A DNA stretch of 64,000 nt from Octopus vulgaris (Eukaryota): contig OX597815.1 in the NCBI GenBank assembly GCA_951406725.2, positions 140,616,001-140,680,000 of the forward strand, given 5' to 3'. The notes under the pieces were generated by a model. It did not search any database. It saw only the letters and a program-made list of their open reading frames with translations, and was not told the DNA's origin. Every line of letters starts with the position of its first letter. Position 1 is the first letter of the stretch. Position numbers and translations under genes: made by a program. Shown here one piece after another: positions 28,093 through 43,852 of the stretch.

Positions 28093-28313
28093 TTTGATTT
28101 TTTTCAATAATAGTATTGTACACGACTTGAGATGTTTGTCTTGCCTTAATGTTTGCTGTCTTGTTTAACAATTATATATCCGCTGCATCGGAAATCTGCA
28201 ATGACTCTATAATAAACGTCTCGGCTATAACCTTGAAGCACTAGTAATCCGTTACCACACTTACCTAGAGTACGTAATCGTTTAGATAATCTGTAAACTC
28301 AGCCCCCATACTT

Positions 28314-28353
<40 letters not shown>

Positions 28354-28399
28354 ACTTATATATAGAGAAGGTTCTTATGAATTAACTATGAAATCGGGT

Positions 28400-28620
28400 C
28401 CGATATGATAATAACGGAATTTTTTAGAAATTTCTGTCGGCATTCTTCGAGACGCGTACTTATAGTGTTGAATTATATGGTTATTGACGAGGTGTCTAGT
28501 TTCGGCATAATGGGCATTAGAATTTTTTTTCTTTTGCCCTTGTTTATAAGTTGTTTATAAATTTAATCTTTAAAGGTATTTTTTGATATGCTGGCCATTT
28601 TTTCCGAAAAATGTTATCCT
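28400..28620. repeat. Unclassified interspersed repeat (second copy 56105-56330)
   Basis: ATAACGGAAT..TTTAGAAATTTCT..CTTTAAAGGTATTTTT..ATATGCTGGCCATT is shared with the second copy. Confidence 0.75.
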
Positions 28621-28724
28621 ATATGTAAAAAACATACATAAAGATACGTATAATAGCATACACACATACGTATGCAAATATATGTTTACGCACAAGCGAA
28701 TATACGCGCGTGTACTCTTTGCGA

Positions 28725-28849
28725 TGTTTCTTTATTTATCCTTTCTCTTTAGACTTGCCTGTTTCCGACGAAGAGCTATGCTCAAACATTTAACAGTAAC
28801 TCTCTTCCTTCACAGAGCGTCTAATTAAAATATTTTTCGTGCACATCAT

Positions 28850-28850
<1 letters not shown>
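28725..28850 (+). mobile_element. Solo PLE pLTR fragment with decayed hammerhead (family of 37.0 and 57.6 kb)
   Basis: ccgacga a gagc tat gctc (g)aaac ... gagcgtctaat. Confidence 0.55.
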
Positions 28851-28902
<52 letters not shown>

Positions 28903-28944
28903 AAATACACGTGTATATATGTATGTATATATAGGTCAATACAC

Positions 28945-28980
<36 letters not shown>

Positions 28981-28986
<6 letters not shown>

Positions 28987-29405
28987 TTTATTTAAAAGTC
29001 CCCGTTCGTCGGACAGTTTTGTTAAAATAGAACCGAGATGACAATTCTATCAAGACTAGTATAAACGTTACAACTTTAAAAAATGGACTTGCTTGATTGG
29101 TCCTTTCAAATAACGGTCATATGCGAGCGATAAACATACATACATTTATCGCTCGCATATGACCGTTATTTGAAAGGACCAATCAAGCAAGTCCGTTTTT
29201 TAAAGGTGTAATGTTTATACTAGTCTCGATAGAATTGTGATATCGGTTCTATTTTAACAAAACTGTCGGACGAACGGGGACATGAAACTCCGAGTAACAA
29301 GTTTTGTTGAATTTCTGCTGCTTTTAAATACAGCATATTACTCTACCCCTGGTATTTGAGTACTCTTTTTTTCCACCTTGTTTCACATTTATGTGTTTAC
29401 TCCGG
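28981..29405 (+). mobile_element. Fold-back PLE pLTR cassette: ~137-bp inverted arms, hammerhead-like motif at 29257-29307
   Basis: 28998-29134 is the near-perfect reverse complement of 29145-29281. Motif acaaaactgt|c(c/g)gacga|acggggacat|gaaac tccga gta|acaagttttgt. (TA)n on both sides. Confidence 0.75.
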
Positions 29406-29440
29406 TATATATATATATATATATATACGAGTGTGTATAT

Positions 29441-29760
29441 GCGCAGACGTGACTGTGCGGTAAGAAGCTTGCCTCCCAACCGCATGGCTTCGGGTTCAGT
29501 CTCACTGCGTGGCACCTTGGACAAGTGTCTTCTACTATAGCTGACCAAAGACTTATAAGGGGATGTTGGTGAACGGAAACTGAAAGAGTCCCGTCGTATA
29601 TATTTATGTGTGTTTCTTGGTGGCTGTTTTTTTCTCCCCCATCGCTTCAGAACCGATATTGGTGTGTTTACGTCACGTAACTTAGCTGTTCGACTAAATC
29701 CCTTGAAGCCGGTTCTGTAGCATGTCGCTAGTCAAATGACTGAAATAAGTAAATGATTAA
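29441..29760 (+). mobile_element. tRNA-like SINE family B
   Basis: A-box-like TGACTGTGCGG, B-box-like GGTTCAGTCTC, internal TA/TG tract, tail GTCAAATGACTGAAATAAGTAAA. Confidence 0.8.
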
Positions 29761-29787
29761 AATATATACTACATACTTAAACATATT

Positions 29788-29827
<40 letters not shown>

Positions 29828-30042
29828 CGTATATACATGTATGCATGTATGTATTTATGTATGTATATAAAATTTCTTTATTTGTGAATTAAGGTTACTG
29901 TTGGTTTCATGTTAAGAAAAGTAGTAAAATATCCCTGTGTCTTAACTATTTTTCAAGCCAAACACGTGGAGAAAGGGTCTTCGCCTCTGTTTGGCGCCTT
30001 CCAAAATACTCGTTTTTATCATTCGACATTTACGTGTATATA

Positions 30043-30101
<59 letters not shown>

Positions 30102-30349
30102 CAACAATTATAGAAGTGTCGAGTTTGACTAATCTTGAAACGTACGTTCTCAAATAACCTTTGCATTTGATTTTTTTAATGTTTCTACCCTCATACTTTC
30201 GTGAGTTGAATTGAGCAAACACTATATGAGAGAGATTTTCTTTAAGTATTGGAAGTGGTTTTAAAAAAGTTTTTTTAGCTGCTATTTCTAATGAGTTCAG
30301 TATGCGGCAAAGTAATTTATTTTACTAAGCCCTTTTATATAATGTAATA

Positions 30350-30401
<52 letters not shown>

Positions 30402-30402
<1 letters not shown>

Positions 30403-30520
30403 CAGAAAACAAAAGACGAAGACAAGTCAAAGGGAAACAAGAAGGTGCATTAGTTTAATGCTCGGGAAGAATGGTGGAGTCTTTGACGTTTCAATGTTAT
30501 CCTCTTCAACAGAAATGATT
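30402..30520 (-). mobile_element. Solo PLE pLTR fragment, decayed hammerhead
   Basis: Reverse complement ttctgttgaagagg..gaaacgtcaaagac..gagcattaaactaat matches 37010-37080. Confidence 0.55.
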
Positions 30521-30617
30521 AAGAAGGATAAAAGCGGAAAGGGAAAATGTATGTGAAGGGATTAACGCTTCAACATGATGAAATGTTTAGAAGAAAGAGG
30601 TTCAATGAAAGGGAGAG

Positions 30618-30663
<46 letters not shown>

Positions 30664-30664
30664 A

Positions 30665-30880
30665 GCGAGCTGGCAGAGACGTTAGCATGCCGGGCGAAAT
30701 GCGTAGCCGTATTTCGTCTGCCGCTACGTTGTGAGTTCAAATTCCGTCGAGGTCGACTTTACCTTTTATCCTTTCGGGGTCGATTAAATAAGTACCAGTT
30801 ACGCACTGGGGTCGATATAATCGACTTAATCCGTTTGTTTGGCCTCTCTGTGTTTAGCCCCTTGTGGGTAGTAAAGAAAT
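30665..30880 (+). mobile_element. tRNA-like SINE family A, well preserved
   Basis: GAGCTGGCAGAGACGTTAGC, B box GTTCAAATTCC, core GTCGACTTTACCTTTTATCCTTTCGGGGTCGATTAAATAAGTACCAG. Confidence 0.85.
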
Positions 30881-31479
30881 ACATATATATATATGCATAC
30901 AGATATACGAACACACACGCACACATACATATGTATGTCAATACATTGTAACCAAAATTAACGTAAATCGTGGATTATATCTGTTGGGCGTTTTTACATC
31001 GCAAATTACTTTTTCGCAGTAAAACTATTAATTATATCCGTTCTTCAAGATGCGTATACATTAATTGCCAACTTGTAATCGACTACACACACACACACAC
31101 AGACACACATATACGCACACACAAGCATACACACATATCTAGAGATATATCAATTCATTCATGCGTATATTATCCTCCCTGGCTTCATTGTCTACGAACG
31201 AAATGAAAATATAGTCTTATGTGTAAATTGAACTATAAATCTTCTGCATCATTAAATATTCTCAATGATAGATATAAGTATTCACCAAATATCCTTCGAG
31301 ATGACGCTGTGTGTGTGTGTGTGCATCAGTGTGTACATGTGTGTGTATGTGCGTGTGTGTGAATTTGTGTGTTGTATGTTTGTGTGTGAATGTGTTTGTA
31401 TCATGACAGATGAGATTTCGGTGAAAGTCTCAGCACATGTCAACATTGCTATTTCTCCGTGTATGCATGCACGCACGCT

Positions 31480-31612
31480 TGTATGTATGTATGTATGTAT
31501 GTATGTATGTATGTATGTATGTATGTATGTATGTATGTATGTATGTATGTATGTATGTATGTATGTATGTATGTATGTATGTATGTATGTATGTATGTAT
31601 GTATGTATGTAT
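31480..31612. repeat. (GTAT)n microsatellite
   Basis: Seen directly. Confidence 0.95.
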
Positions 31613-32227
31613 ACAAATATAGAGACGCACATACTCATCGATAGATCGATAAATAAATAGATAGATGAATACATAAACAAGTCATATTTGATTTCTGTTT
31701 AGTAAACCAATCTATCAATTCTTCTCTATCATCAATAATAACTAGAATATCATTGACAAATAACAGCAAATATGTTTCTTTTGATTGATTATTATATCTA
31801 TGCAGGTTGTTGCGGGAGGTAAAAGTGATTCTGCGATACTTATACCTTTCCCTTGTGATATTTTCTTTATTTTTTTTGTTTTAGCAATATTACTCTTTAG
31901 AGGTGTTTTGATTTGAAAAAGAAAAAAATTGTGCCTTTCAGCTAGGTGATATTTATCAACAAACTGACGTCACGATCATTGGTCAGTCACAAGGTGATGC
32001 ATCATTCGATAGGTAGCAGTTTCTCTTTGAAAGATGTATCAATTGAAGCTAGGAAGATATTTTGTAATGAACACGGCAGTTTGGACATCTTTGATCTAAG
32101 TGACCGTCAAAAGCATCTCCTGAAGCTGTAAACCATTTCTACACACCATCGGTAGTTTGTAGTGAAAACGATAGGTCGATAGCTGGCTAGCTGAAATGGA
32201 TTATATTATTAAGCACGGGGCTCAAGA

Positions 32228-32670
32228 AAGCGAGATGGCAGAATTGCTACCACGCTGGACAAAAATTTCTTAACGGTATTTCGCCCTTCATTACATTCTT
32301 AGTTCAAATTCTGCCGAGGTAGACTTTGCTTTTTATCCTTTGGGTGTCAATAAAAGAAGCATCGTTTGTATACTAAGGACGATGCAGTCGACTAACCCGC
32401 TCACTGATGCTTGTTAGCCATGAGTCGATATTAAGAACGGTATGCAAGGCGATGAAGTGGTAAAATCGTTAGGATGTCGGACAAAAGACTTAGCGGCATT
32501 TTCCGACAAATAATAATCTGAGTTCAAATTCTGCCGAGGTCGATTTTGTCTTTCATTTTATCGTGGTCGATTAAATAAGTATAGGTTGAGTACTGGGGTG
32601 GTTAATGTAATCGATTTCTCCACATCCTATAGAATTTCAGACATTGTATACTTACAATAGAATGGATTAT
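32228..32670 (+). mobile_element. Two tandem SINE family A copies
   Basis: AGTTCAAATTCTGCCGAGGT occurs at ~32301 and ~32521, each with head and core. Confidence 0.8.
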
Positions 32671-32708
32671 TTAGAACAGGATTCAATGTAATATTTTTCC
32701 AAAGATCA

Positions 32709-34126
<1,418 letters not shown>

Positions 34127-35931
34127 GTATATATGTGTGTGTTTGTGTGTGTGTGTGTATTTTTTACCTTTTATTTATTTTAGTAATTAGACTGTGGCCA
34201 TGCTGGGGCACCGTATATATATATTTGAAGTGTATATATATTCCGGCTTTGTGTCCAGTTAATTGATTGTAAATGGAAGGAACGCGTCATTGACTAAAAA
34301 CGATTAATGCTTTCGTTTCACACTTGGCATCTATGCTTCCATGATGGTCAGTTTCGTGGAGTGAAAAGAAAAAGTTTCAGATAAGTTTTACATAGTATTT
34401 GCATTGTTCGGTAGAATATATAAAAAAGGCAGCAAAAACAAAAGAAATTTCTCTGTGGTACAATGCCATCGTGGTCGACAAATTGTGGCCGTGTTCCTCA
34501 CAATTGCTACATATAATTGTGGTAATGGACCCGAAGGATCGCTTGGAAATTTTGGATACTGGAAACTGGGAACTTTGCGATGCTTGAAGTAATGAATTCG
34601 GATGATTGTCTTGAAAGTGTTGCTTCTACTGGGAAAAAACATTTTACATTTTAGGAGTGTATGAATTCTTAACGTCATTGATCACGCTCAGTACCAAATT
34701 GCTGTAGTGAACGTGAAGATTACTAGGGTAACATCTCGTTATGTTCATTATATGTTCATAGGAAGCGACGGTCTTGCTTTTGCCTGAATGTTTGTATACA
34801 CACACATACACAAATACACACTCATTTATCCATTTATACACATACACGCAAATGCATATACATATATTCATGTAAAAATGTGTATATGCGCACATATATG
34901 TAGATATATTTAGATACATGTACATGCCCTGATATTCATAATCACCAACACAAATATGCACACACAGATACACACTCACACACATTTTTATTATATATTG
35001 AGCCAAAAGCAAACAATTGCAGGCGCTAACGTTGTTAGAGATAACAGACAAATTTGCGTTGAATCGCACCCTCGCGACCTGATAAAAAACACCCCAAAAA
35101 ACAAAATAAACAAATTGATAATACTCTCATAGATATACTCTGTTAGCTGCATCAATGTTTTAGTCATTCACTACTGAGTTTGTAATTTTTGGTATAATAT
35201 ATAATACTACTTGTACAGTATATATAATTACAGCAATGTTGATAACTTGAAATGTGTGCAACCAAACGATTTGAACTTAATTACTTATGACTGATTTAAT
35301 GTGATCTTGTTGTTACAAGATGTTTTGGAATAGACAAATAAATGAAACTATCATAATACATTTTTGAGCTGTAATGTAAAAGAATTCGTTAAATCGTTTT
35401 ATTGAAACCATTCAAATTGTTGTCTACAGATCTGAATATTGCCATAGACTGTCAGAATTTTGGCATCAGTTCGTAAATTTGGTGCACTTCTTATCAATTG
35501 TCTACGCTTTGGTATTGATGTCCAATGCAATATTATTACTAACTGGTTTTAATATTTGAAAAAAGTCTTCCCAAATGCCTACTACAAAGAGTGAAAGAAA
35601 GAAAAGAAAGTCAGAAAATGGTTTAAATGCTCATAGAAAATTGTCATTCTCTGTTAATGCTTTACAACCAGAACATTTACAACGGTAATAGTCATTGAAA
35701 ATCTACATTCATTTGTCTCGATGTCATATTTTGTAGATTATCATCTTCTGCTTTTCTCAAAAAAAAAAAAAAAAGAAAGAGCAATAAAAGAAACTGACAG
35801 TTTTGATGTTTTTACCATTCTTTTCTTTGGCAAATTTCAACGAAGAAATTAGGATGATTACTGTCAGTTTTTACAATCTATAATATTATTCTGCCACGAG
35901 GTACAAGATTGTGATACAATGATACAAATAT

Positions 35932-35933
<2 letters not shown>

Positions 35934-35997
<64 letters not shown>

Positions 35998-36001
35998 TAT
36001 T

Positions 36002-36036
<35 letters not shown>

Positions 36037-36062
36037 GTATATATACATATATATATGTATAT

Positions 36063-36147
<85 letters not shown>

Positions 36148-36263
36148 TATGTGCGTCGACATATGCACATGCAAACGACATTTATGTATGTCGAATACAA
36201 TGACTCATTGTGGTAACGAATTACATTGTTATATATATATATATATATATATACAAACATAAA

Positions 36264-36330
<67 letters not shown>

Positions 36331-36455
36331 ATATATATATTTATATGTGTATATATATACATGTGTGCATGCGAATGTATGCATATATGTATGTATATAA
36401 GTATGTATATACGCACACATTTGTAAATACACATATATATATATATATATGTATA
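35934..36455. repeat. Long interrupted (TA)n/(TG)n tract
   Basis: Seen directly. Confidence 0.95.
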
Positions 36456-36931
36456 CGTATCGATGTATGTTCCTGTCTATACCTATAAACATTATGAAGG
36501 AATCTTGAATAAAAAATATTCAATAAAAGTTCTTCTGATCAGATAATAGCAGTATGAGTTCCACAACACAATTATATTGATATATTTGTGTCTTTTGAAT
36601 ACAGTGAAGAAATTAAATTAATGTTCTTTTTTCTGTCGACCAAATAAAGTTTTTATTCAATCAAGTGCAGAATAATATATATATTGTAGAACCCCCTAAC
36701 CGGAACTATTGAATTTTAAATGATATAATGAAAAGACTGTAGCAAGTAAGTATATTGAAATAGAAGTTGATAGATCGAAATTTCTGTGAAATTGTATCGT
36801 GCTTTGAGCTTCTTGTTTCGTTTAGTACAAACCTTTCTTATACAGATAATCTTTTAATATTCTTTTTTTTAATTTAGGCTCATATGGAAGCCTCGATTAA
36901 ATACAAAACCCCCAAAGAACAAGACAAATAT

Positions 36932-36974
<43 letters not shown>

Positions 36975-37007
36975 CCTTGTTTCTCTCCTTGTTTTTTTTT
37001 CTGTGTA

Positions 37008-37045
37008 TCTTTCTGTCGAAGAGCGTAGGCTCGAAACGTAAAAGA
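37008..37045 (+). ncRNA. Minimal hammerhead motif (A6U variant) in solo pLTR fragment 36975-37130
   Basis: tcttt|ctgtcga a|gagc gtag gctc|gaaac gta|aaaga. Confidence 0.6.
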
Positions 37046-37129
37046 CTTTCTTTTTCTATTCTTGAGCGCTATACTAATACATTTGTTTGTTCGTACTCCA
37101 CCTGCTTTCGTCTTTTGTTTATTTTCCCT

Positions 37130-37201
<72 letters not shown>

Positions 37202-37559
37202 ACATACAAATATATGTATATAACGATTTAATAGTGGAAAATCTGATTAGAAATCATTAGGATTCAGCTCACAATTAAGTATCTAATTTCACACTTATCT
37301 TAACTTTGAGTGAGCAGGGAAGTATACGGAGGTATGCGAAATTCAGTGATCTATCTATCTGTCTGTCTATGTATGTATGTATGTATGTATGTATGTATGT
37401 ATGTATGTATGTATGTATGTATGTATGTATCTCTCTCTCTATCTGTCTGTCTATCTGTCTGTCTGCCTGTCTCTCTCTCTCTATCTACATTTCACCCTTT
37501 CATTCTTTCTTCTCCCTCTAATACTTACATACATACTTACATTCATGCACTAGCGCGTA

Positions 37560-37680
37560 TTCTTTTATTTATTTTAGTTATGCGAATTCGGCCATGCTGG
37601 AGCACCGCCCTCTGTCAAGGAAATCGATCCGCAAACTTATTCTTTGTAAGCTTAGTTCTGATTATATCGGTCTCTTTTAT
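37560..37680 (-). mobile_element. SINE family B 3' fragment
   Basis: GGCCATGCTGGAGCACCGCC..AAATCGA..ACTTATTCTTTGTAAGC, as at 60223-60350. Confidence 0.65.
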
Positions 37681-39204
37681 ATATATAAATTCTATAATTA
37701 TGAGTATAATTTTAATTAGGGTTCATCAAAATTTGCTTCACCACATAATTTTCTGCCGACTGAAACTGCGCTTGCGTGGTGGATTTTGAAAAAATTATAA
37801 CATATAAAGATGGGACACGTGCTATTGGTCTCATAATTATAGGTTAGTCTTGGATGGCTTGGTTACTGATGAGAATTTGCCTAGTAAATTATTTTATTTA
37901 CTAAAAAATTTCAAAACCTATAGGTATAACCGTAAAATCAAGGTAACGGTTTTTATTTTTTCATTCCCTTTGAAATTGCATAAATTTGGTGGTTTTCGGT
38001 CGTTTTGACTGTCTCCTAGCGTGTAGCGTGGGTGGTCATGCAACTCTTTTAGTAAAATAAATATCTGTAAGTCGATTCATGTAAATATATAGGGAAAGTC
38101 TGAAAGCCACGTATACATATTTACTATATTTTCGGACAGATAAGTGCCACTATAAATTTGGGAGGCCTAATCTGCGAGACATAAACTGCAGTTAAAACCA
38201 AAATCCGAAGCTGAATGTCAAAGACATTATCATGTGTAGGAACCATGGAAAATTTAGACTAACGACCTTTGGTAAGCTGTTATGGTAACCTAAGATACAA
38301 TACGTACTTTAATCCTACCGAATGCCACCGCCGACAACCACAACTGACCTCTACTAACCAAGTTTACTCAGAGCATACCCTTTATCATAAAAGGAGCAAG
38401 AGGAGCTTTGGTCGGAAATATTCGAAAGAAGCAGTGCCTTATATACCGGAAAGCATAGTAATACCTGTTTTTGACGGTGATACATAGGCGTTGTTGTAGT
38501 TGCTATTTAGCCAAACATCTACTCCAATTGAAGGTGTATATGCTAAAGGCGATTCCACCTATGAAGATTCCACAATGTTTTAGATATTATGTATCATGCA
38601 GTACATTATGCCAGGTTCCTAAAACGTCACGGTGTGCTTTGGAAAAGTTTGCTGGTATTTTTAGCAGGACTAACGATCAAATAGACGTTCCCTTGCAAGC
38701 GAAGTTTTAGTGGGCTTGGAAGACGGAGGTAAAATTTGAGCCAGAAAAAAAAAAAGTGGACAACCACTGTATTTAATTTGGATAATTTGTTGATGGTGTA
38801 AAAAGTGCTACACTTATTTCTCTAATTCCATGTTTGAGCATACATAATACAGCCTGCCATCTTATATAATCATATTATTGAGATCACTCTCCAACCCATT
38901 CTAGCCAACATGACGCCAAAAAAACAATCTATGCAACAACTATTTTTCTTCATCCAAAAGATACATTTTCCCATAAGCCTTCATTTCAATATTGACGTCC
39001 ACATTTTGTTTTAGCGACAACGTCGTGTCACATACAGATGTAATAGTAACTTTTTTGCTAATCGCATATGTGATATCTTCCACACAAATATAATATCTTC
39101 CTTTGGATCTTGGGGTTCTAAAGCTTCACGATCTCTTTCATTTAATAGATTTCTTTGTAGCAATCTCCTGTTCTTGGATTGCAAGTACAAATGCAAAATA
39201 TATA

Positions 39205-39259
<55 letters not shown>

Positions 39260-39272
39260 ACATATATATATT

Positions 39273-39307
<35 letters not shown>

Positions 39308-39483
39308 GTAATACCCTTCGGTCATGAATGACCATGGGATTGCACCTAATACCCTCTAGAACAATATGGAAGACAGTCGCCCATATCCACGCCACCATAT
39401 ATATAGCTTACCTGTATATATATGAGTGAATGAGCAACGTGAAAATAAATATTCGATCATATCACGACGTATAACCACTACAT

Positions 39484-40019
<536 letters not shown>

Positions 40020-40032
40020 AATATATATATGT

Positions 40033-40090
<58 letters not shown>

Positions 40091-40093
<3 letters not shown>

Positions 40094-41650
40094 CATTTCC
40101 TTGACCGCCGACCCAACCCCCAACTCGACACCTCCACACTCGTTCGTCTGGCCGAAGTTGTCCTATCACTCAAATGCGTCTCGTTCGCGGGCGATTTTAC
40201 AGCAGAACTCTCTGGAGTGACCATGGGAACGAGAATGGTCCCCAACTATGCGAACCTGTTCGTTGGCTACGTTGATGCCCAAATATTCTCAAGTTTCTCT
40301 GGTCTCACTCCCAAACTATATGGCCGGTATATTGACAACTGTATCGGTGCAACCTCACTCTCCCGCGAACAACTAGACTCCTTCCTCAATTTTGTCAAAT
40401 CTTTCCATCCTCCCCTCCACATCTCTTGCACTATCTCTGACACCTATGTCTCTTTTCTTGACATTTTGATGAGCATTCATCACTCCACTCTTACCATCTC
40501 CATCCACTACAAATACACAGACTCACACTCATACCTGAACTTCTCCCCCTCCCACCCTAAACACACCAAGCTTTCCATCCCTTGTCCCCAATTCCTCTGT
40601 GTACGCAGGCTCTGTAGTGACAACCATGACTTTGAGACTCAGTCTCAACTCATGGCTCGCCACTTCATCCTACGTGGATATCCCCTCACCACTATCCACA
40701 CCGCCCTTGCCAGAGCACGTTCCGTGGACCGTGCATCTGCTCTCTCCACCCGAACCCGCCCTGCAGTCTCCCGCCTCCCTTTTCTCCACATCTACCACCC
40801 TACCTCCATAACTCACCGTTCTCCGAGCTTTCCGTCATCTCCAGTCCGACCCCTCCACTTTACATATCTTCCCTAACCGACTCCTCCCCTCCTTCAAACG
40901 AGTCCACAACCTACGAAACCTCTTGGTCCACAGCTTCTTCTCCATCCCAACCTCCCAACGGGGCTCGTTTCCCTGCTCCCGCCCACGCTGCCACACTTGC
41001 CCTTACCTCTCCAACGCCACCCTCTCACAGGCACCCATCATCGACCCTGCCATATCACCGACTCCTTCACCTGCACTTCTACCAATACCATCTATCGCAT
41101 CTCCTGCTCTCTGCCATTCTCTGTACACCGGACAAACGGGACGCCGCTTGGCTGACCGGTTCGCGGAAAACCTCCGAGATATCCGCCTCGGCAATGACAC
41201 CCCGGTCTCACGCCATTTCCGCTCTACCGGTCACTCTTTGCAACATTTGTCCATATTCGAATTATCCTTGCACAGAGGCCATCTGGACTCCCGTCTGCGC
41301 CGGGAACAGGGATTAATCTCCGTACCTTTGCGCCACATGGGCTCAACTCTCCTCACCACTTCTTCTAACCTCCTCCCCTTGCCTCTCTCCCTCTCCCTCC
41401 TACTTCCTCCCACCCACCTCTCCTCTCTTGTTCCGGCTCCTTCTTCTCTTCACTCCTACTACTCTTCACCCCTACTCTCTTTCACTTTTCTCTCTTTCTC
41501 TCTTCTCTCATACCCATCTTCCCCTTCCCACTTCATCGTCAACCCTCTTCCATAAGCCCACCCCACCCCTACACATTCCCACCCCACCTTCCCTATCCTT
41601 CCAATCCGACCCCATCCCATCCTTTACACACTTTCCTGCGTACTACTCGT
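40091..41650 (+). mobile_element. Decayed 5'-truncated Penelope-like element (RT + GIY-YIG), GC-richer family
   Basis: [47 protein letters not shown]; FPCSRPRCHTC, LYTGQTGRRLADRFAENLRDI..VSRHF..RRE; several frameshifts. Confidence 0.9.
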
Positions 41651-41879
41651 AGGGAGATGAGTTGCTACTATCTCTAGCGGTCAAACACCATGGAAAGTTC
41701 AAATCACGTGATCTGGTGGTCATGGCGCTGGAGATGTCGGGTATTTACCTCCCCGCTAGTGATATAAACAAGTGTGCATTTTGCACCAAAAGCCAATATG
41801 AGAGTTTCTCATGATATTTACCGCCGTATAGTTAGTTCTGACAGAACTTCTACGTCTAAGTGCGCATAAATAGTCTTTA

Positions 41880-42330
41880 TTTTGCATGTTGAGGATTTCA
41901 CAACCAGATCTTCTTTGAAGTATGCTACTCCAGGCGTTTTGTGGTTGTATGGGAGCTCATGAGGAAGAGAGTCCTTTCTGGATAGCTTACTGTGACACGT
42001 AGTCTATTGTTCTCTTCACGTTTCAGCACTAAGATAATGTATTTACTTTTCCTGCTGTTTTTTAGCAAGTGCTGCCTGAGAGAGACAGTACGACATTAGA
42101 AGACTGTCTCCGTTGAGCTCAAGCCTCTACCTCCTTTATCTCCTCTTCCGTAGAGCATATCGATATTACCATTCCAGTGCCGATTTCCAATCGATCTCGA
42201 TATCTAGTTTTGTCAGCTACAGTTTCTGAAGTTTGGTAATGAGGCAAATGTTTATCTAACCAAATGTTCTCACAATGGTTGGTAGAAATCTACACTCATA
42301 TTTCGGTTGAAGTAAACGCAGATTTCTCTT
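41880..42330 (-). mobile_element. Heavily decayed RLE-LINE fragment similar to 6560-6790
   Basis: Minus strand NIDMLYGRGDKGGRGLSSTETVF*CRTVSLRQHLL versus TAFKCRIISLR*QLL at ~6655-6700. Confidence 0.55.
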
Positions 42331-43282
42331 CTGTTCTACACAGATGCGTTTTTTGTCACTAACCATTATTATTACGTCGTCCACAGCTCCTCTTCTCTGA
42401 CCCAGATCATTATGATTCATTGTTGTGGTATGCATGCACCCAAGTATTTATCAACGTTAAGTATTTCAATATGTACGAGTGGACGTCGGTGCATTATACG
42501 TGCCTGTGAATGTGTTAGTATGTGTGTTGTATATATGTGTTTTTACTTGTTCATTTCTGTGTCTGTACATGCAAAATCCCATGACCAAGCAACCCATTCT
42601 GGATCTCGTCTTTTATGGTTTGTCAGAAGGGGAAGGAAAGCTATTCATGATCATATTTGGGATCTTTGAGAGTGATAAGTGAAATAATGGAAGTATTTTT
42701 TTGACCGGACATCAGGTTTAAATACTTGTAGCTAAGTAAACTGTATGTAGGGAACGCAAGGGTTAAGTAATGTTAGATATGGTTAGGATTTTATAGTAAT
42801 ACATGAGGAAAGGAACTATTCATTTCATCAGCTTCCACGCAGTTTAACACATGGAATTTACTTATAAGGTTTCGGTTGACCAAATAGCAACGTAGCAAGT
42901 TAGAATAAAAATAAAATATGTGTAGGTGTGATTCACCCGTGTCTTAATTGTCGTTAGCAGCTTTCGTAAAATTCTGGCATTATGTATTCTTAATTGAATA
43001 AATTTACGTCAAGATGTATCAAAATGCTGTTCAATGGAGGAATACAACTCACTTAAATGACTCATGATTGAAATAAATTATATTCGCTCGTTGACAACAA
43101 TTGTGATACTTGTTAGAGACTGTTATTACAGCTGTTGTTATATGAATTTCAACCACTTAATTGATAACTTGGTCTACTTTCTAATGCGTCTTCAATTAGC
43201 AAACGTCATTACTAAAAGTTTTTCTGTTCGTCTCGACTAGCAAGTTGTATATAATTAACACTTGATATTACATGGCCGTAAG

Positions 43283-43468
43283 ATGGTGAATCGTTTTAAC
43301 GAAGGGCAAAATCCGTTGTGGTATTTCTTTCGTCTTTACATTCTGACTTCAAATTCTGCCCAGGCCGACTTTGCCATTCATATTTTTGCAAGTTAATAAA
43401 ATAAGTACCACCTCACCACCGCTATCACCATAGAAATTGCCGGTCTTTTGCAAAAGTTTGAAACTAAT
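43283..43468 (+). mobile_element. SINE family A, decayed
   Basis: TTCAAATTCTGCCCAGGCCGACTTTGCC..AATAAGTACCA. Confidence 0.7.
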
Positions 43469-43735
43469 GGCTGTTATATCTGATAAAAATAGCCGTTCGT
43501 ACTGATTATAGCGAACTGACTCTAATATCAAATTTGAGCAAATGATATATTGGATAATGCACTTATTGGGATACTTTCTTTAGAAAATAAAAGGCACACA
43601 TGATAGTCCATCTGTAATCCTAGAAATCTATGTAATGATCTGCGCTGGCGAAGACACAAAATACTGACACATCGACAAAGCAAAAATTCTAATATTACAC
43701 CATTGCATCTTGAATGACAGAAAAAGTAATTTATT

Positions 43736-43852
<117 letters not shown>

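Noticed and set aside
37718-38770. Possible hAT-like DNA transposon (GTGGACAACCACTG end)
   Set aside because: No matching left TIR, TSD or transposase motif was found.
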